Positions 9,408 to 19,678 are shown, counted from the stretch's first letter. The stretch: DNA of 49,933 bases from Gammaproteobacteria bacterium (GCA_024222475.1 JAAEPA010000156.1:1-49933); one strand, 5' to 3'. A program made the numbers and translations. The notes: generated by a model from the letters alone, not told the origin.

Positions 9408-10328
9408 GTGAGTGAGAAGCTCAACCCGAAGATCGAAATGCAAGCTTGGATGGATCGCTTTGTTTGTTTCCTGCGAGAGCAAAGACGCTATTCTCCACAT
9501 ACCCTGTCTAGTTACGGTCGGGATCTGAGACGGTTTATAAAATATTTGGCCACTCAGGATGTTGAGCAGTGGCACGATGTGGATACCCCGACCATTCGAT
9601 GTTATCTTTCCTTGCGCCACAGGTCGGGTATAGCAGGGCGTAGTCTACAAAGGGAGATCTCCACGCTACGTTCCTTCTACCGATTTTTATTGAAAGAACT
9701 GCAGGTATCGCGAAATCCTGTGGATGGTGTTAAGGCACCTAAAACCAAAAAAAAATTACCCGCTACTCTGAATGTCGATCAATTAGAGCGACTGCTCGCA
9801 AGCGATCCGAATACACCTCTGCAAATACGTGATCTGGCGATGTTGGAACTGACTTATTCCAGCGGTTTAAGGCTATCGGAACTCGTGACATTGAATCTGT
9901 CGGATATAGATCTTAACGAAGGGCAGGTGAGGGTGATGGGTAAAGGAAATAAGACACGAGTGATACCTGTGGGTCGAATGGCATGCCGAGCGATTCATGA
10001 TTGGCTGGTGGTAAGGCAGCGGCAAATTGTCCAGGGCGAGCAGGCCCTGTTCGTTAGCAAGCGAGGAACACGCTTAAGCCCACGTGCCGTGCAAAAGAGA
10101 ATGAGTTTATGGTCCCGAATACAAGGGTTTGATCAACGACTTCATCCTCATATGCTACGTCATTCTTTTGCAACTCATTTGTTAGAGTCCAGTGGAGATT
10201 TGCGAGCGGTGCAAGAACTGCTTGGCCATGCCGATATCAGCACCACCCAGGTGTATACTCATCTTGATTTTCAACACCTTGCTCAGGTATATGATCGGGC
10301 GCACCCTCGCGCCAGAAAGCAAAAATAG
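9408..10328 (+). CDS. xerC: Tyrosine site-specific recombinase XerC
   Basis: 306 aa. RLSEL box, HMLRHSFATHLL, GHADISTTQVYTH containing the catalytic Tyr. Synteny with dapF and DUF484. Confidence 0.9.
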   Translation: MSEKLNPKIEMQAWMDRFVCFLREQRRYSPHTLSSYGRDLRRFIKYLATQDVEQWHDVDTPTIRCYLSLRHRSGIAGRSLQREISTLRSFYRFLLKELQVSRNPVDGVKAPKTKKKLPATLNVDQLERLLASDPNTPLQIRDLAMLELTYSSGLRLSELVTLNLSDIDLNEGQVRVMGKGNKTRVIPVGRMACRAIHDWLVVRQRQIVQGEQALFVSKRGTRLSPRAVQKRMSLWSRIQGFDQRLHPHMLRHSFATHLLESSGDLRAVQELLGHADISTTQVYTHLDFQHLAQVYDRAHPRARKQK

Positions 10329-10498
10329 GCTGCAGGGCCTATACCCATGATGGATGGGTCTAGCATTCATCCGATCCTTTCGGCTCATTTTCAATTGAAA
10401 AAAACCTGCATTCTGATCGGTCCCGATTTTACTACGACATAAACGAACATTTGCGCATCGTGTACAATGCTCTATTTTCTGAATAATGGAGAATAGAT

Positions 10499-11041
10499 TT
10501 GGAACAGATCAGAGGTACGACTATTCTGTCTGTGCGTCGGCAAGGTATGGTGGTCTTAGGAGGAGATGGGCAGGTTACTCTCGGCAATACGGTGGTGAAA
10601 GGTAATGCCAGAAAGGTACGCCGATTGTACCAGGATAAAGTGTTGGCCGGTTTTGCCGGCGGCACGGCGGATGCTTTTACTTTATTTGAGCGTTTTGAGG
10701 GCAAACTGGAGAAACACAGCGGTCATTTAGTACGTGCCGCGGTAGAATTGGCCAAGGATTGGCGCACCGATCGAATGCTCAGACGTCTTGAGGCCATGTT
10801 GGCAGTGGCCGACGCCAAGGCTTCATTGCTCATATCAGGTACTGGCGATGTAATTGAACCCGAGCAAGGCCTCATTGCGCTCGGATCAGGAGGGCCTTAT
10901 GCCCAGGCCGCTGCTCGAGCATTGGTTGAGAATACCGAACTGCCTACCCGAGAAATTGTCGAGAAGGCCTTGAATATTGCTGCCGACATCTGCATCTATA
11001 CCAATCGTAATCTCTCTATTGAGGAACTGAAGTTCGATTGA
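10499..11041 (+). CDS. hslV: ATP-dependent protease subunit HslV
   Basis: TTILSVRR...[23 protein letters not shown]...[17 protein letters not shown]. The only in-frame start is TTG 10499, 6 nt after GGAGA. This places 6 residues (MEQIRG) ahead of the catalytic Thr. Confidence 0.9.
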   Translation: MEQIRGTTILSVRRQGMVVLGGDGQVTLGNTVVKGNARKVRRLYQDKVLAGFAGGTADAFTLFERFEGKLEKHSGHLVRAAVELAKDWRTDRMLRRLEAMLAVADAKASLLISGTGDVIEPEQGLIALGSGGPYAQAAARALVENTELPTREIVEKALNIAADICIYTNRNLSIEELKFD

Positions 11042-11103
11042 GCGCAGTGTCCCAAGCTGCGGCGTCAAGAAACTTTCTTCATGTCCGCCCAAATCACAGA
11101 ATA

Positions 11104-11307
11104 CCTAAATCCTGCAAGTGATCGTGCTTGCAGAGTGCAATGTATTGATTTGTAGAGTAAATTTTAGGCTGAGCGGAGCAGTGGCACATGGAGGTGCCGT
11201 TAACGGACCTAAGGATGGAATCCTTATTGTAATTCCCGAAGAAGAAAATATTGCTGTACGGATCAAGAGCTTGTGCTATTTACGTGCAATCACTTGCAGG
11301 ATCTAGG
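11104..11307. mobile_element. MITE-like non-autonomous element, copy 2 (~204 bp, ~20-nt terminal inverted repeats), inserted between hslV and hslU
   Basis: CCTAAATCCTGCAAGTGAT at 11104-11122 is the near-perfect reverse complement of ATCACTTGCAGGATCTAGG at 11289-11307. Both ends are homologous to the element at 57-219. It fills an otherwise unusual 300-bp hslV-hslU spacer. Confidence 0.55.
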
Positions 11308-11341
11308 GTATAAATAAATAGCAAGACACATAGGCAATGCA

Positions 11342-12676
11342 ATGTCTGAAATGACACCAAGACAAATCGTCCAGGAACTCGATAAACATATCATAGGCCA
11401 AGACAATGCAAAAAGGGCTGTGGCCATTGCTTTGCGTAACCGTTGGCGAAGGCTTCAGCTTTCCGAGGAACTGCGTGGTGAAGTAACACCAAAAAATATA
11501 TTGATGATTGGCCCTACCGGTGTGGGTAAGACCGAGATTGCGCGAAGATTAGCTAAACTCGCTAATGCGCCATTCATCAAGATTGAGGCTACCAAGTTTA
11601 CCGAAGTTGGGTACGTGGGAAGAGATGTGGAATCCATCGTCCGTGACTTGGTTGATGCGTCGATTAAAATGACGCGGGAGGTGGAGGTCAATAAGGTACG
11701 CCACCGTGCAGAAGATGCAGCCGAGGAGCGTATATTGGATGTCCTTTTACCCCGCCCGCGATCGGTTAGCTTAGGCGTGGATACCGCAAACTCGGAAGAT
11801 TCGGCGACACGGCAAAAATTTCGTAAAAAGCTACGTGAAGGCCGATTGGATGATACCGAGATCGAAATCGAGGTATCGGCTTCACCGGTAGGTATTGAGA
11901 TCATGACACCGCCGGGTATGGAGGAAATGGCAAGTCAACTGCAGGGGATGTTTCAAAATCTCGGCAGTGGGCGAACCCGCCAGCGCAAGCTGCGTATTAA
12001 AGATGCCATGAAGGTGCTGACCGATGAGGAGGCGTACAAGATGATCAATGAGGAGGATTTGAAGGCCAAGGCGGTACGCAATGTAGAACAAAACGGCATC
12101 GTGTTCCTCGACGAAATTGATAAGGTAGCCAAAAGGGGGGAATATAGTGGCAGCGATGTCTCACGCGAAGGCGTTCAGCGAGATCTACTGCCACTGGTGG
12201 AAGGATGTACCGTGAGCACCAAGCATGGCATGGTAAAAACTGATCATATCCTGTTTATTGCCTCAGGAGCTTTTCATCAGTCCAAACCCTCCGACCTCAT
12301 CCCGGAGCTGCAGGGAAGATTGCCGATTCGGGTTGAATTAAAGGCGTTGTCTACCGCGGATTTTATCCGCATACTGACCGAGCCGGATGCCTCCTTAACT
12401 GAACAATATACGGCCTTACTGGATACTGAGGATCTTGGACTCTCTTTTACCGAGGATGGGGTGAGGCGAATCGCCGAGGTGGCCTTCGATGTCAACGAAC
12501 GGACTGAAAACATTGGCGCGCGGCGTCTGCATACCGTAATGGAACGGTTGTTAGATGAGATTTCCTATACTGCTCCCGACCAACAGGATCGGCAGGTCAC
12601 CGTTGATGAGACCTACGTGCAGGACCACTTAGGGGAACTGATTAAAGACGAGGATCTGAGTCGATACATACTGTAG
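11342..12676 (+). CDS. hslU: ATP-dependent protease ATPase subunit HslU
   Basis: 444 aa. Walker [16 protein letters not shown], Walker [11 protein letters not shown]-terminal DLSRYIL. Confidence 0.95.
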   Translation: MSEMTPRQIVQELDKHIIGQDNAKRAVAIALRNRWRRLQLSEELRGEVTPKNILMIGPTGVGKTEIARRLAKLANAPFIKIEATKFTEVGYVGRDVESIVRDLVDASIKMTREVEVNKVRHRAEDAAEERILDVLLPRPRSVSLGVDTANSEDSATRQKFRKKLREGRLDDTEIEIEVSASPVGIEIMTPPGMEEMASQLQGMFQNLGSGRTRQRKLRIKDAMKVLTDEEAYKMINEEDLKAKAVRNVEQNGIVFLDEIDKVAKRGEYSGSDVSREGVQRDLLPLVEGCTVSTKHGMVKTDHILFIASGAFHQSKPSDLIPELQGRLPIRVELKALSTADFIRILTEPDASLTEQYTALLDTEDLGLSFTEDGVRRIAEVAFDVNERTENIGARRLHTVMERLLDEISYTAPDQQDRQVTVDETYVQDHLGELIKDEDLSRYIL

Positions 12677-12762
12677 CATCCAGGACCGATTCATTTGCAA
12701 AAGAAAGATAAAATTTCGCATTCTGATCGGCCCCGCCGGGTCTAATTCGAAATTTCGCATAA

Positions 12763-12784
12763 CCTAGATCACTGTAAGTGATCG
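12763..12784. repeat. Solo copy of the repeat-family terminal hairpin (CCTAGATCACTGTAAGTGATCG)
   Basis: Identical 22-mer to positions 57-78. Lies in the hslU/DUF971 spacer. Confidence 0.6.
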
Positions 12785-12815
12785 TAGGAACTAAGTACAA
12801 AGGTGAGGAGTGGTT

Positions 12816-13178
12816 ATGGCCAACGCTAAACCGGTAGAGATTCAACTCCACAAACAGTCTAGGGTTTTGGAGCTTAGCTATGATGATGGAGCACATTTCG
12901 AGTTGCCCTGCGAATACCTGCGGGTGTATTCCCCTTCTGCCGAAGTACAGGGGCATGGACCTGGGCAGGAGGTGCTGCAAATCGGCAAAGAAGATGTAAA
13001 TATTACCGGTATCGAACCCGTGGGGCACTATGCGGTCAAGTTGACATTCGATGATGGTCACGACACCGGAATTTTCGTGTGGGATTATCTCTATGATCTT
13101 GGAGCCAATCAGTCCCAACAATGGCAGCAATACTTGGATCGTCTCAAGGAAGCGGGTTACCAGCGCAAGGTAATATGA
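12816..13178 (+). CDS. DUF971 (gamma-butyrobetaine hydroxylase-like N-terminal domain) protein
   Basis: ~120 aa. Pattern LELSYDDG..FELPCEYLRVYSPSAE...V.L.FDDGHDTGIF is typical of DUF971. The ORF opens at GTG 12810; the ATG is at 12816. Confidence 0.7.
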   Translation: MANAKPVEIQLHKQSRVLELSYDDGAHFELPCEYLRVYSPSAEVQGHGPGQEVLQIGKEDVNITGIEPVGHYAVKLTFDDGHDTGIFVWDYLYDLGANQSQQWQQYLDRLKEAGYQRKVI

Positions 13179-13241
13179 GTAGGGACCGTTCAGAGTTATC
13201 GGCATTGTGAGTATAACCATCCACTCAGGAGGATAGATACT

Positions 13242-13985
13242 GTGGCAAATCAGACGACCCATTTTGGCTTTGAGCGAGTATCCATAGAGGATAAGGCGAA
13301 GCGCGTGGCGGGTGTGTTCGATTCAGTGGCCACAAGATATGATCTGATGAATGATTTGATGTCATTCGGGATCCATAGGCTTTGGAAACGTTATGCGTTA
13401 ACGTTAAGCGGTGTTAAACGTACTCAGAACGTGCTTGACCTGGCCGGCGGCACCGGGGATCTGGCAGCACGGTTGAGCCATAGGGTCGGCAGGGATGGGG
13501 AAGTGGTGCTCTGTGATATCAACAGCGCAATGTTGGAATGCGGACGTGATCGTCTCATAGATGGGGGGCATGCGGGCAATCTGTACTATGTACAGGCGGA
13601 TGCCGAGAGATTGCCTTTCGATAGCGATCATTTCGACTGTGTTATGATAGCCTTCGGGTTGCGCAATGTTACCGATAAACAAGCGGCTCTGAAATCGATA
13701 TACCGCATTCTTAAACCGGGGGGACGTCTGTTGGTGCTCGAGTTTTCCAAGCCCCATGATTGGGTTGCGCCGATATATGATACGTATTCCTTCAAGATAC
13801 TGCCCTTGTTCGGAAAGCTAGTGGCTGGTGATTCCGATAGTTATCGGTATCTCGCAGAATCTATTCGTATGCATCCGAACCAAGAAGAGCTTAAAGAGAT
13901 GATGGCTGTGGCTGGTTTTGAACGCTGTGAGTATTTTAATTTAACCGCCGGTATCGTTGCTTTGCACCGGGGTTATAAGCTCTAA
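13242..13985 (+). CDS. ubiE: Ubiquinone/menaquinone biosynthesis C-methyltransferase UbiE
   Basis: 247 aa. THFGF N-terminus, [20 protein letters not shown] motif [10 protein letters not shown]. Confidence 0.92.
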   Translation: MANQTTHFGFERVSIEDKAKRVAGVFDSVATRYDLMNDLMSFGIHRLWKRYALTLSGVKRTQNVLDLAGGTGDLAARLSHRVGRDGEVVLCDINSAMLECGRDRLIDGGHAGNLYYVQADAERLPFDSDHFDCVMIAFGLRNVTDKQAALKSIYRILKPGGRLLVLEFSKPHDWVAPIYDTYSFKILPLFGKLVAGDSDSYRYLAESIRMHPNQEELKEMMAVAGFERCEYFNLTAGIVALHRGYKL

Positions 13986-14062
13986 GTTGCATCTACCCCC
14001 ATTCTCGGACAGCCTCACTACAATTTCAATTTATTCACAAGCACTGAGCAACGGGATACGGC

Positions 14063-14716
14063 GTGAATAATAGCGATTTCCTTGCGTTTTCAATCGAATC
14101 TGCCCTCAACGCCTATCTCGGCTTAGATCCGGATGTGGTCGCCGTGATGAAGGAAATCGATGGGCGGTTGATTGAGTTTAAAATTGTCGGTGCGGATATA
14201 TCGCTTTTCTTTATTCCGCTGGATGGGCGGGTTCTGGTTAGTAGTGAGTCTGATGATAAACCCGATGCTATAGTGAGTGGCTCGCTCTTGACCCTAACCC
14301 GTGTTGGACTCAGTGGCAATTCCAGTAAGGTGCTCTCGGGAACAGAGATAGAATTCAGTGGTGATCTAGATGTGGGTCGCACCTTCTATGAGGCCCTGCT
14401 CAGTGTGGATATCGAGTGGGAGGAGCTGCTTGCCGGTAGGATCGGAGACGTAGCGGCGCATCAATTCGGTAATGTAGTGAGGGATATCAGGGCATGGATC
14501 GGTCGTAGTCGGGATTCATTGCGCATGGACTTATCTGAGTACCTACAAGAAGAATCGAAAATCGTTCCGACCCCAGTAGAGATCGAGGTATTTATGGACG
14601 GAGTCGATACCCTGCGCAGCGATGTAGATCGGTTGCAAGCCAGGGTGGATCGAATGACGGTAAATTCGGTAGAGGGGCTGCCGGCAGAACCGGCTCGAGA
14701 TCAGCACGGTAAGTGA
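14063..14716 (+). CDS. ubiJ: Ubiquinone biosynthesis accessory factor UbiJ (SCP2 domain)
   Basis: 217 aa. Position between ubiE and ubiB. SCP2-like N-terminal half. GTG start. Confidence 0.7.
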   Translation: MNNSDFLAFSIESALNAYLGLDPDVVAVMKEIDGRLIEFKIVGADISLFFIPLDGRVLVSSESDDKPDAIVSGSLLTLTRVGLSGNSSKVLSGTEIEFSGDLDVGRTFYEALLSVDIEWEELLAGRIGDVAAHQFGNVVRDIRAWIGRSRDSLRMDLSEYLQEESKIVPTPVEIEVFMDGVDTLRSDVDRLQARVDRMTVNSVEGLPAEPARDQHGK

Positions 14717-14728
14717 TCTTATTGCTCG

Positions 14729-16294
14729 ATGTTAACCCCATCCCAGATTTTACGTTTGATATACATCAATATCGTGTTGGTGCGTCATGGTCTGGATGAG
14801 GTCGTTTTTACAATCCACTTATTTCGGCCCATCCGTTTTGTACTCTATCTTTTCCCATGGCATTGGTTCCGCCGCAATGGTGTACCTCATGGGGTGCGTA
14901 TTCGTCGCGCATTGGAAGATCTCGGGCCCATTTTTATCAAGTTCGGCCAGATGTTATCTACTCGTCGAGATATTTTGCCGGATGATATCGCTGATGAACT
15001 GGCCAAACTTCAGGACAGTGTGCCGCCATTCCCCGGTAAGCAATCAATCCTAGCCATTGAAAAATCCTTTGGTAAACCCGTAGACCAGGTCTTCAAGTTC
15101 TTCGACGAAATCCCGATGGCCTCAGCCTCGATAGCCCAGGTTCACCGGGCCCTGCTTGATGATGATTCCGATGTTGTCGTCAAGATCCTGCGTCCAGGCA
15201 TCGAGCGAGTGATCCGGCGTGATCTCGGTCTGTTGCATGTCATCGCTGGGCTGGCGCACCGTTATTGGCGAGATGGTCGCCGTCTGCGACCTAAAGAGGT
15301 GGTTCTCGAATACGAGAAAATTATCTTGGACGAGCTAGATCTCATGCGTGAGGCGGCCAATGCGAGTCAACTGCGGCGCAATTTCGAAAACTCCCCTGAT
15401 CTTTATATTCCTAAGATATTCTGGCCGTACACACGTCGTGATGTGTTGGTCATGGAACGAATTAAAGGTATACCTATCAGCGATATCGAGCAGCTACGAG
15501 TCCATGGAATAGACTTGAAAAAATTGTCGGCACAGGGCGTCGAAATATTTTTTACCCAGGTATTCCGGCATAATTTCTTTCATGCGGATATGCATCCCGG
15601 CAATATTTTCGTCTCTTATGATCACCCGCAGGATCCTCAGTATCTAGCGGTTGATTTTGGCATTGTCGGTACCTTATCCTCAACTGATCAACGTTATCTT
15701 GCGGAAAACTTCGTGGCGTTTTTCAACCGCAATTACCTACGGGTAGCCGAGCTTCATCTCGAATCCGGTTGGGTGCCGGCGAGCACACGTGTGGATGAGT
15801 TCGAATCTGCGATACGCACGGTATGTGAACCCATATTTCAACGTCCTCTGAATGAGATTTCACTCGGGTACTTGCTATTGAGGTTGTTTCAAACGGCCCG
15901 GCGCTTCAACATGGAGGTACAACCTCAGCTTGTATTACTGCAGAAGACCCTGCTCAATATCGAAGGGCTTGGCCGTCAGTTGGACCCCCAGCTTGATCTT
16001 TGGGATACCGCTAAACCTTTTTTAGAGCATTGGATGGACGAACAGATTGGGGTTCGGGCGATGCTGGCGGGATTCAAAAAAAGCTTCCCAGCGATGGCTG
16101 AAAAGCTGCCACAAATGCCGGAGCTGATTTATTCGGTCATCAAACAGGCCGAGCGAGGACAAGCTAATGTGGAATGGTACAGCGAGGAACTGAAGGTGAT
16201 TCGGAACGAGCTAAACCAAGCCCACCGACGCACTGTCACGGCGATTATTTTTGCCGTGATGCTGCTGTTAACGGGAATGTTCATTTTTCAGTAG
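14729..16294 (+). CDS. ubiB: Ubiquinone biosynthesis regulatory kinase-like protein UbiB (ABC1 family)
   Basis: 521 aa. LGPIFIKFGQMLSTRRD, ASASIAQVH, HADMHPGNIF, C-terminal TM helix. Confidence 0.92.
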   Translation: MLTPSQILRLIYINIVLVRHGLDEVVFTIHLFRPIRFVLYLFPWHWFRRNGVPHGVRIRRALEDLGPIFIKFGQMLSTRRDILPDDIADELAKLQDSVPPFPGKQSILAIEKSFGKPVDQVFKFFDEIPMASASIAQVHRALLDDDSDVVVKILRPGIERVIRRDLGLLHVIAGLAHRYWRDGRRLRPKEVVLEYEKIILDELDLMREAANASQLRRNFENSPDLYIPKIFWPYTRRDVLVMERIKGIPISDIEQLRVHGIDLKKLSAQGVEIFFTQVFRHNFFHADMHPGNIFVSYDHPQDPQYLAVDFGIVGTLSSTDQRYLAENFVAFFNRNYLRVAELHLESGWVPASTRVDEFESAIRTVCEPIFQRPLNEISLGYLLLRLFQTARRFNMEVQPQLVLLQKTLLNIEGLGRQLDPQLDLWDTAKPFLEHWMDEQIGVRAMLAGFKKSFPAMAEKLPQMPELIYSVIKQAERGQANVEWYSEELKVIRNELNQAHRRTVTAIIFAVMLLLTGMFIFQ

Positions 16295-16337
16295 CCCTCC
16301 TAACACCTATATCCTCCAAGAGATAGCTTGAAGAGCT

Positions 16338-18503
16338 ATGGATTTTTCCCCAATATTAGACTCATTGAATGATGCGCAGCGGGCGGCGGTGACCGCATCG
16401 GCAAAACACGTCTTGGTGCTGGCCGGTGCCGGCAGTGGCAAGACGCGGGTGCTGGTGCATCGCATCGCATGGTTGTGTCGGGATAAAGGGATCATACCCT
16501 ATGGCATTCTTGCGGTAACCTTTACCAATAAGGCCGCCGCCGAGATGCGTGCCCGGGTTGAGGCTCTGTTAGGGATGTCATCCACAGGGATGTGGATGGG
16601 TACATTTCACGGTTTGTCTCATCGGTTGTTGCGCTCCCACTGGCAACAAACAGGGCTACCTCAGAACTTTCAAATCTTGGATTCCGAGGATCAGTTTCGG
16701 GTGATTCGCCGAGTGACCAAAGGCTTAGGTCTTGACGAAGCCAAGTGGCCACCACGGCAATCTCAATGGTTCATCAACGCCAACAAGGATGAAGCGCGTC
16801 GTGCCAAGGATCTAGATTCGAAGGACGGTTCAGTCGATCAGCAACTTATTCGTATTTATTTTGCTTATGAAGAGATTTGTGAACGTACGGGGGTAGTGGA
16901 TTTTGCCGAGTTGCTGCTGCGTTCAGTCGATCTATTCAAGCGGAATTCAGATCTGTTGGCTGATTATCGCAATCGTTTTCGACATATCTTGGTTGATGAA
17001 TTTCAGGATACCAATGCTATTCAATACACTTGGCTCAAGTTGTTGGCTGGGACTCAGGTGCCGATGTTTGCGGTGGGTGATGATGATCAGTCGATCTATG
17101 GCTGGCGGGGTGCGAGAGTAGAAAATATTCACAGTTTTAACTCGGATTTCGACCCTGTTGACACCGTTCTTCTGGAACAAAATTATCGATCGACAGGGAC
17201 GATTCTGGCGGCTGCGAATCATCTGATCCAACATAATACAGGGCGGCTGGGGAAAAACCTCTGGACCCATGACAGTGTGGGTGATCCTATCCATCTATTT
17301 GCCGCCTACAATGAGCAGGATGAGGCCCGCTTCGTGGCGGATCAACTGAAGCAGTGGTTAGACCAAGGCCGCAAACTTAGTGAAACCGCGGTGCTCTATC
17401 GCTCCAACGCCCAATCTCGGGTATTCGAGGAGGTATTCTTTGCCCAACAGATCCCATACCGAGTATATGGTGGATTGCGGTTTTTTGAACGGGCAGAAGT
17501 CAAAAATGCCCTGGCCTATTTGCGCTTGGCGGCCCATCATAGTAACGATGCTTCTTTCGAAAGGATCGTAAATTTGCCGACTCGGGGGATTGGTCAGCGC
17601 ACCTTAGCGGCGCTACGCGAATATTCCAGAGACTATGCTATCCCTTTGTCGGAGGCGACCAGCGTTCTGTCGCAAAGTGGTGAGTTGAATGTACGCGCCA
17701 GCAATGCGCTCAAGCGATTTCTGGCGTTATTACAGACCATGGCGGCGTCCCTAGAGGGACTGTCCTTGCAGGAACAGGTGGAGAATATTATTAAGCTCAG
17801 TGGTCTGAAGGCATATTACGAGCGGGAACCAGGTGCCAAGGCCGTGGACCGAATAGAGAACCTGGGCGAATTGGTCAATGCCGCACGGGAGTTCAATTTC
17901 GATCCGAATCAGTTTGGAGACATGACTCGCTTAGATGCCTTTTTATCCAATGCAGCGCTGGAAGCAGGCGAAGGACAAGGAGAGGCCTGGCAGGATTGTA
18001 CTCGACTCATGACCTTACATTCCGCAAAAGGGCTGGAGTTTCCGCTGGTCATCATGGTAGGGATGGAGGAGGGTTTGTTTCCGCACAGCATGTCTACTCA
18101 AGAATCCGGGCGACTGGAGGAAGAGCGCCGACTATGCTATGTAGGTATAACTCGGGCGAGGGAAAAACTGATTCTGAGTTATGCTGAAAACCGTCGTCAC
18201 TATGGATCGGTAAAATACTACCCTCCCTCTAGGTTTTTGCGGGAAATTCCCGAGCAGCTGTTGGTGGAACTCAGGGCTGGTGTAACCATAAGTCCCACCT
18301 TGATACCAAGACAAAAAACGGTTTTGAAACCCGGTAATGAATCTCCTTTTAAGATTGGTCAACGGGTTGAACATGCAGGGTTTGGCGAAGGATTGGTCAC
18401 CGAGTGCGAAGGAGTAGGTTTGCATGCACGCGTGCAGGTGCGGTTCGAGCGTGGAGGAAGTAAATGGCTGGTGCTGGAGTATGCTAAGCTTCAGCCCTTG
18501 TAA
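16338..18503 (+). CDS. uvrD: DNA helicase II (UvrD)
   Basis: 721 aa. Walker A AGAGSGKT, DEFQDTN, LEQNYRS, TLHSAKGLEF, and the UvrD-type C-terminal motif GQRVEHAGFGEG...KWLVLEYAKL. Confidence 0.92.
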   Translation: MDFSPILDSLNDAQRAAVTASAKHVLVLAGAGSGKTRVLVHRIAWLCRDKGIIPYGILAVTFTNKAAAEMRARVEALLGMSSTGMWMGTFHGLSHRLLRSHWQQTGLPQNFQILDSEDQFRVIRRVTKGLGLDEAKWPPRQSQWFINANKDEARRAKDLDSKDGSVDQQLIRIYFAYEEICERTGVVDFAELLLRSVDLFKRNSDLLADYRNRFRHILVDEFQDTNAIQYTWLKLLAGTQVPMFAVGDDDQSIYGWRGARVENIHSFNSDFDPVDTVLLEQNYRSTGTILAAANHLIQHNTGRLGKNLWTHDSVGDPIHLFAAYNEQDEARFVADQLKQWLDQGRKLSETAVLYRSNAQSRVFEEVFFAQQIPYRVYGGLRFFERAEVKNALAYLRLAAHHSNDASFERIVNLPTRGIGQRTLAALREYSRDYAIPLSEATSVLSQSGELNVRASNALKRFLALLQTMAASLEGLSLQEQVENIIKLSGLKAYYEREPGAKAVDRIENLGELVNAAREFNFDPNQFGDMTRLDAFLSNAALEAGEGQGEAWQDCTRLMTLHSAKGLEFPLVIMVGMEEGLFPHSMSTQESGRLEEERRLCYVGITRAREKLILSYAENRRHYGSVKYYPPSRFLREIPEQLLVELRAGVTISPTLIPRQKTVLKPGNESPFKIGQRVEHAGFGEGLVTECEGVGLHARVQVRFERGGSKWLVLEYAKLQPL

Positions 18504-18568
18504 TATACCGCTCTGTATTGGGAATCAAGGTTCTTCATGGAAATCCTTAGAATCCGAATCATAACAAC

Positions 18569-19678
18569 ATGAAAAGACGTGATTTTATAAAAACAGCAGG
18601 CTCTGGTTCCCTGATCATGGGTACTGTACTGGCCGGTTGTAGTAATAGCGAGCAGGGGGGGGTGACAAAGGCCCAACAAACCCGTGAGCGACATGAATGG
18701 AAAATGGTGACCACCTGGCCTAAGAACTTTCCTGGCTTGGGTACGGGGGCCGAGTTTCTTGCGGATTTGATAGGAAAGATGTCTGACGGACGCATCAAGG
18801 TCAAGGTGTACGGCGCGGGTGAACTTGTGCCGGCGTTTGAAATCTTCGATGCCGTGTCTCAGGGGGTGGCCGAAATGGGGCATGGAGCAGCTTACTATTG
18901 GAAAGGAAAAAATGCAGCACTGCAATTTTTCGCTTCTGTTCCTTTCGGATTGACAGGCATGGAAATGAATGCCTGGTTGTACCATGGTGGTGGTATGGCG
19001 CTATGGCGTGAGGCCTATGAACCCTTTGGTTTGGTGCCTGCTGCTGCAGGAAATACCGGTGTACAGATGGGGGGCTGGTTTAATAAAGAAATCAATTCCG
19101 TGGATGATCTCAAGGGACTGAAAATGCGTATCCCGGGTATTGGGGGCGAAGTTTTGAACAGGGCAGGGGGTACGCCGGTAAATCTACCCGGTGGTGAGCT
19201 GTTTACCGCACTGCAGACGGGAGCCATAGATGCAACTGAGTGGGTAGGACCATACAATGATCTGGCATTTGGTCTCTATCAGGCCGCTAAATACTACTAT
19301 TATCCAGGTTGGCATGAGCCAGGTACGACGCTGGAATGCATGGTAAACAAAAAGGCATTCGATGATCTTGCAGATGATCTTAAGAGCATCGTCCTCAATG
19401 CCTGTCGAGTAGCAAACCAAGATATGCTGGCGGAATATACTGCCCGCAATAATGACGCTTTGCAAACCTTACTCCATAAGCATAACGTGGATATGCGAAG
19501 GTTTCCGGTTGAAGTGCTTGAAAAGCTGCGTAGTTTATCGGAGGAGATTGTTTCACAGTTGGCTGAACAAGATCCTTTGGCCAAACGTATCCATGATTCA
19601 TACCATAAATTTGGACTAAAAGTTAGTAAATGGCATGATATTTCAGAACGGGCCTACCTCAATGCCCGATCATCTTGA
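18569..19678 (+). CDS. TRAP transporter substrate-binding protein (DctP family, COG4663-like) with a Tat/lipoprotein signal
   Basis: 369 aa. Twin-arginine motif KRRDFIK and lipobox LAGC. Conserved GNTGVQMGGWF, GLKMRIPG, AIDATEWVGPYND, KYYYYPGW. Confidence 0.85.
   Translation: MKRRDFIKTAGSGSLIMGTVLAGCSNSEQGGVTKAQQTRERHEWKMVTTWPKNFPGLGTGAEFLADLIGKMSDGRIKVKVYGAGELVPAFEIFDAVSQGVAEMGHGAAYYWKGKNAALQFFASVPFGLTGMEMNAWLYHGGGMALWREAYEPFGLVPAAAGNTGVQMGGWFNKEINSVDDLKGLKMRIPGIGGEVLNRAGGTPVNLPGGELFTALQTGAIDATEWVGPYNDLAFGLYQAAKYYYYPGWHEPGTTLECMVNKKAFDDLADDLKSIVLNACRVANQDMLAEYTARNNDALQTLLHKHNVDMRRFPVEVLEKLRSLSEEIVSQLAEQDPLAKRIHDSYHKFGLKVSKWHDISERAYLNARSS

Noticed and set aside
10394-10430. Sigma32-like heat-shock promoter upstream of hslV (TTGAAA ... 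CCCGATTT)
   Set aside because: The spacer is ~21 nt against the 13-15 nt required. The CCCG part also belongs to the 18-mer repeat found downstream of hslU.
11182-11198. Sigma54-like TGGCAC-N5-GGTGC inside the MITE
   Set aside because: The -12 GC is displaced by one position relative to TGGCAC-N5-TTGC. The sequence is also simply the two arms of a GGCAC/GTGCC hairpin.
11118-11306. 62-aa ORF between hslV and hslU
   Set aside because: It lies entirely inside the MITE-like element, spans its inverted repeats, and has no RBS or recognisable motif.
11455-11904. 149-aa minus-strand ORF inside hslU
   Set aside because: A Ser/Arg-rich shadow ORF antisense to a highly conserved gene.
12642-13262. 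206-aa ORF on the minus strand
   Set aside because: It is antisense to the hslU 3' end, the whole DUF971 gene and the ubiE start, all of which have conserved motifs. Its sequence is low-complexity and unrecognisable.
18491-18985. 164-aa minus-strand ORF overlapping the dctP 5' region
   Set aside because: It is antisense to a well-supported TRAP binding-protein gene, with no motifs of its own.
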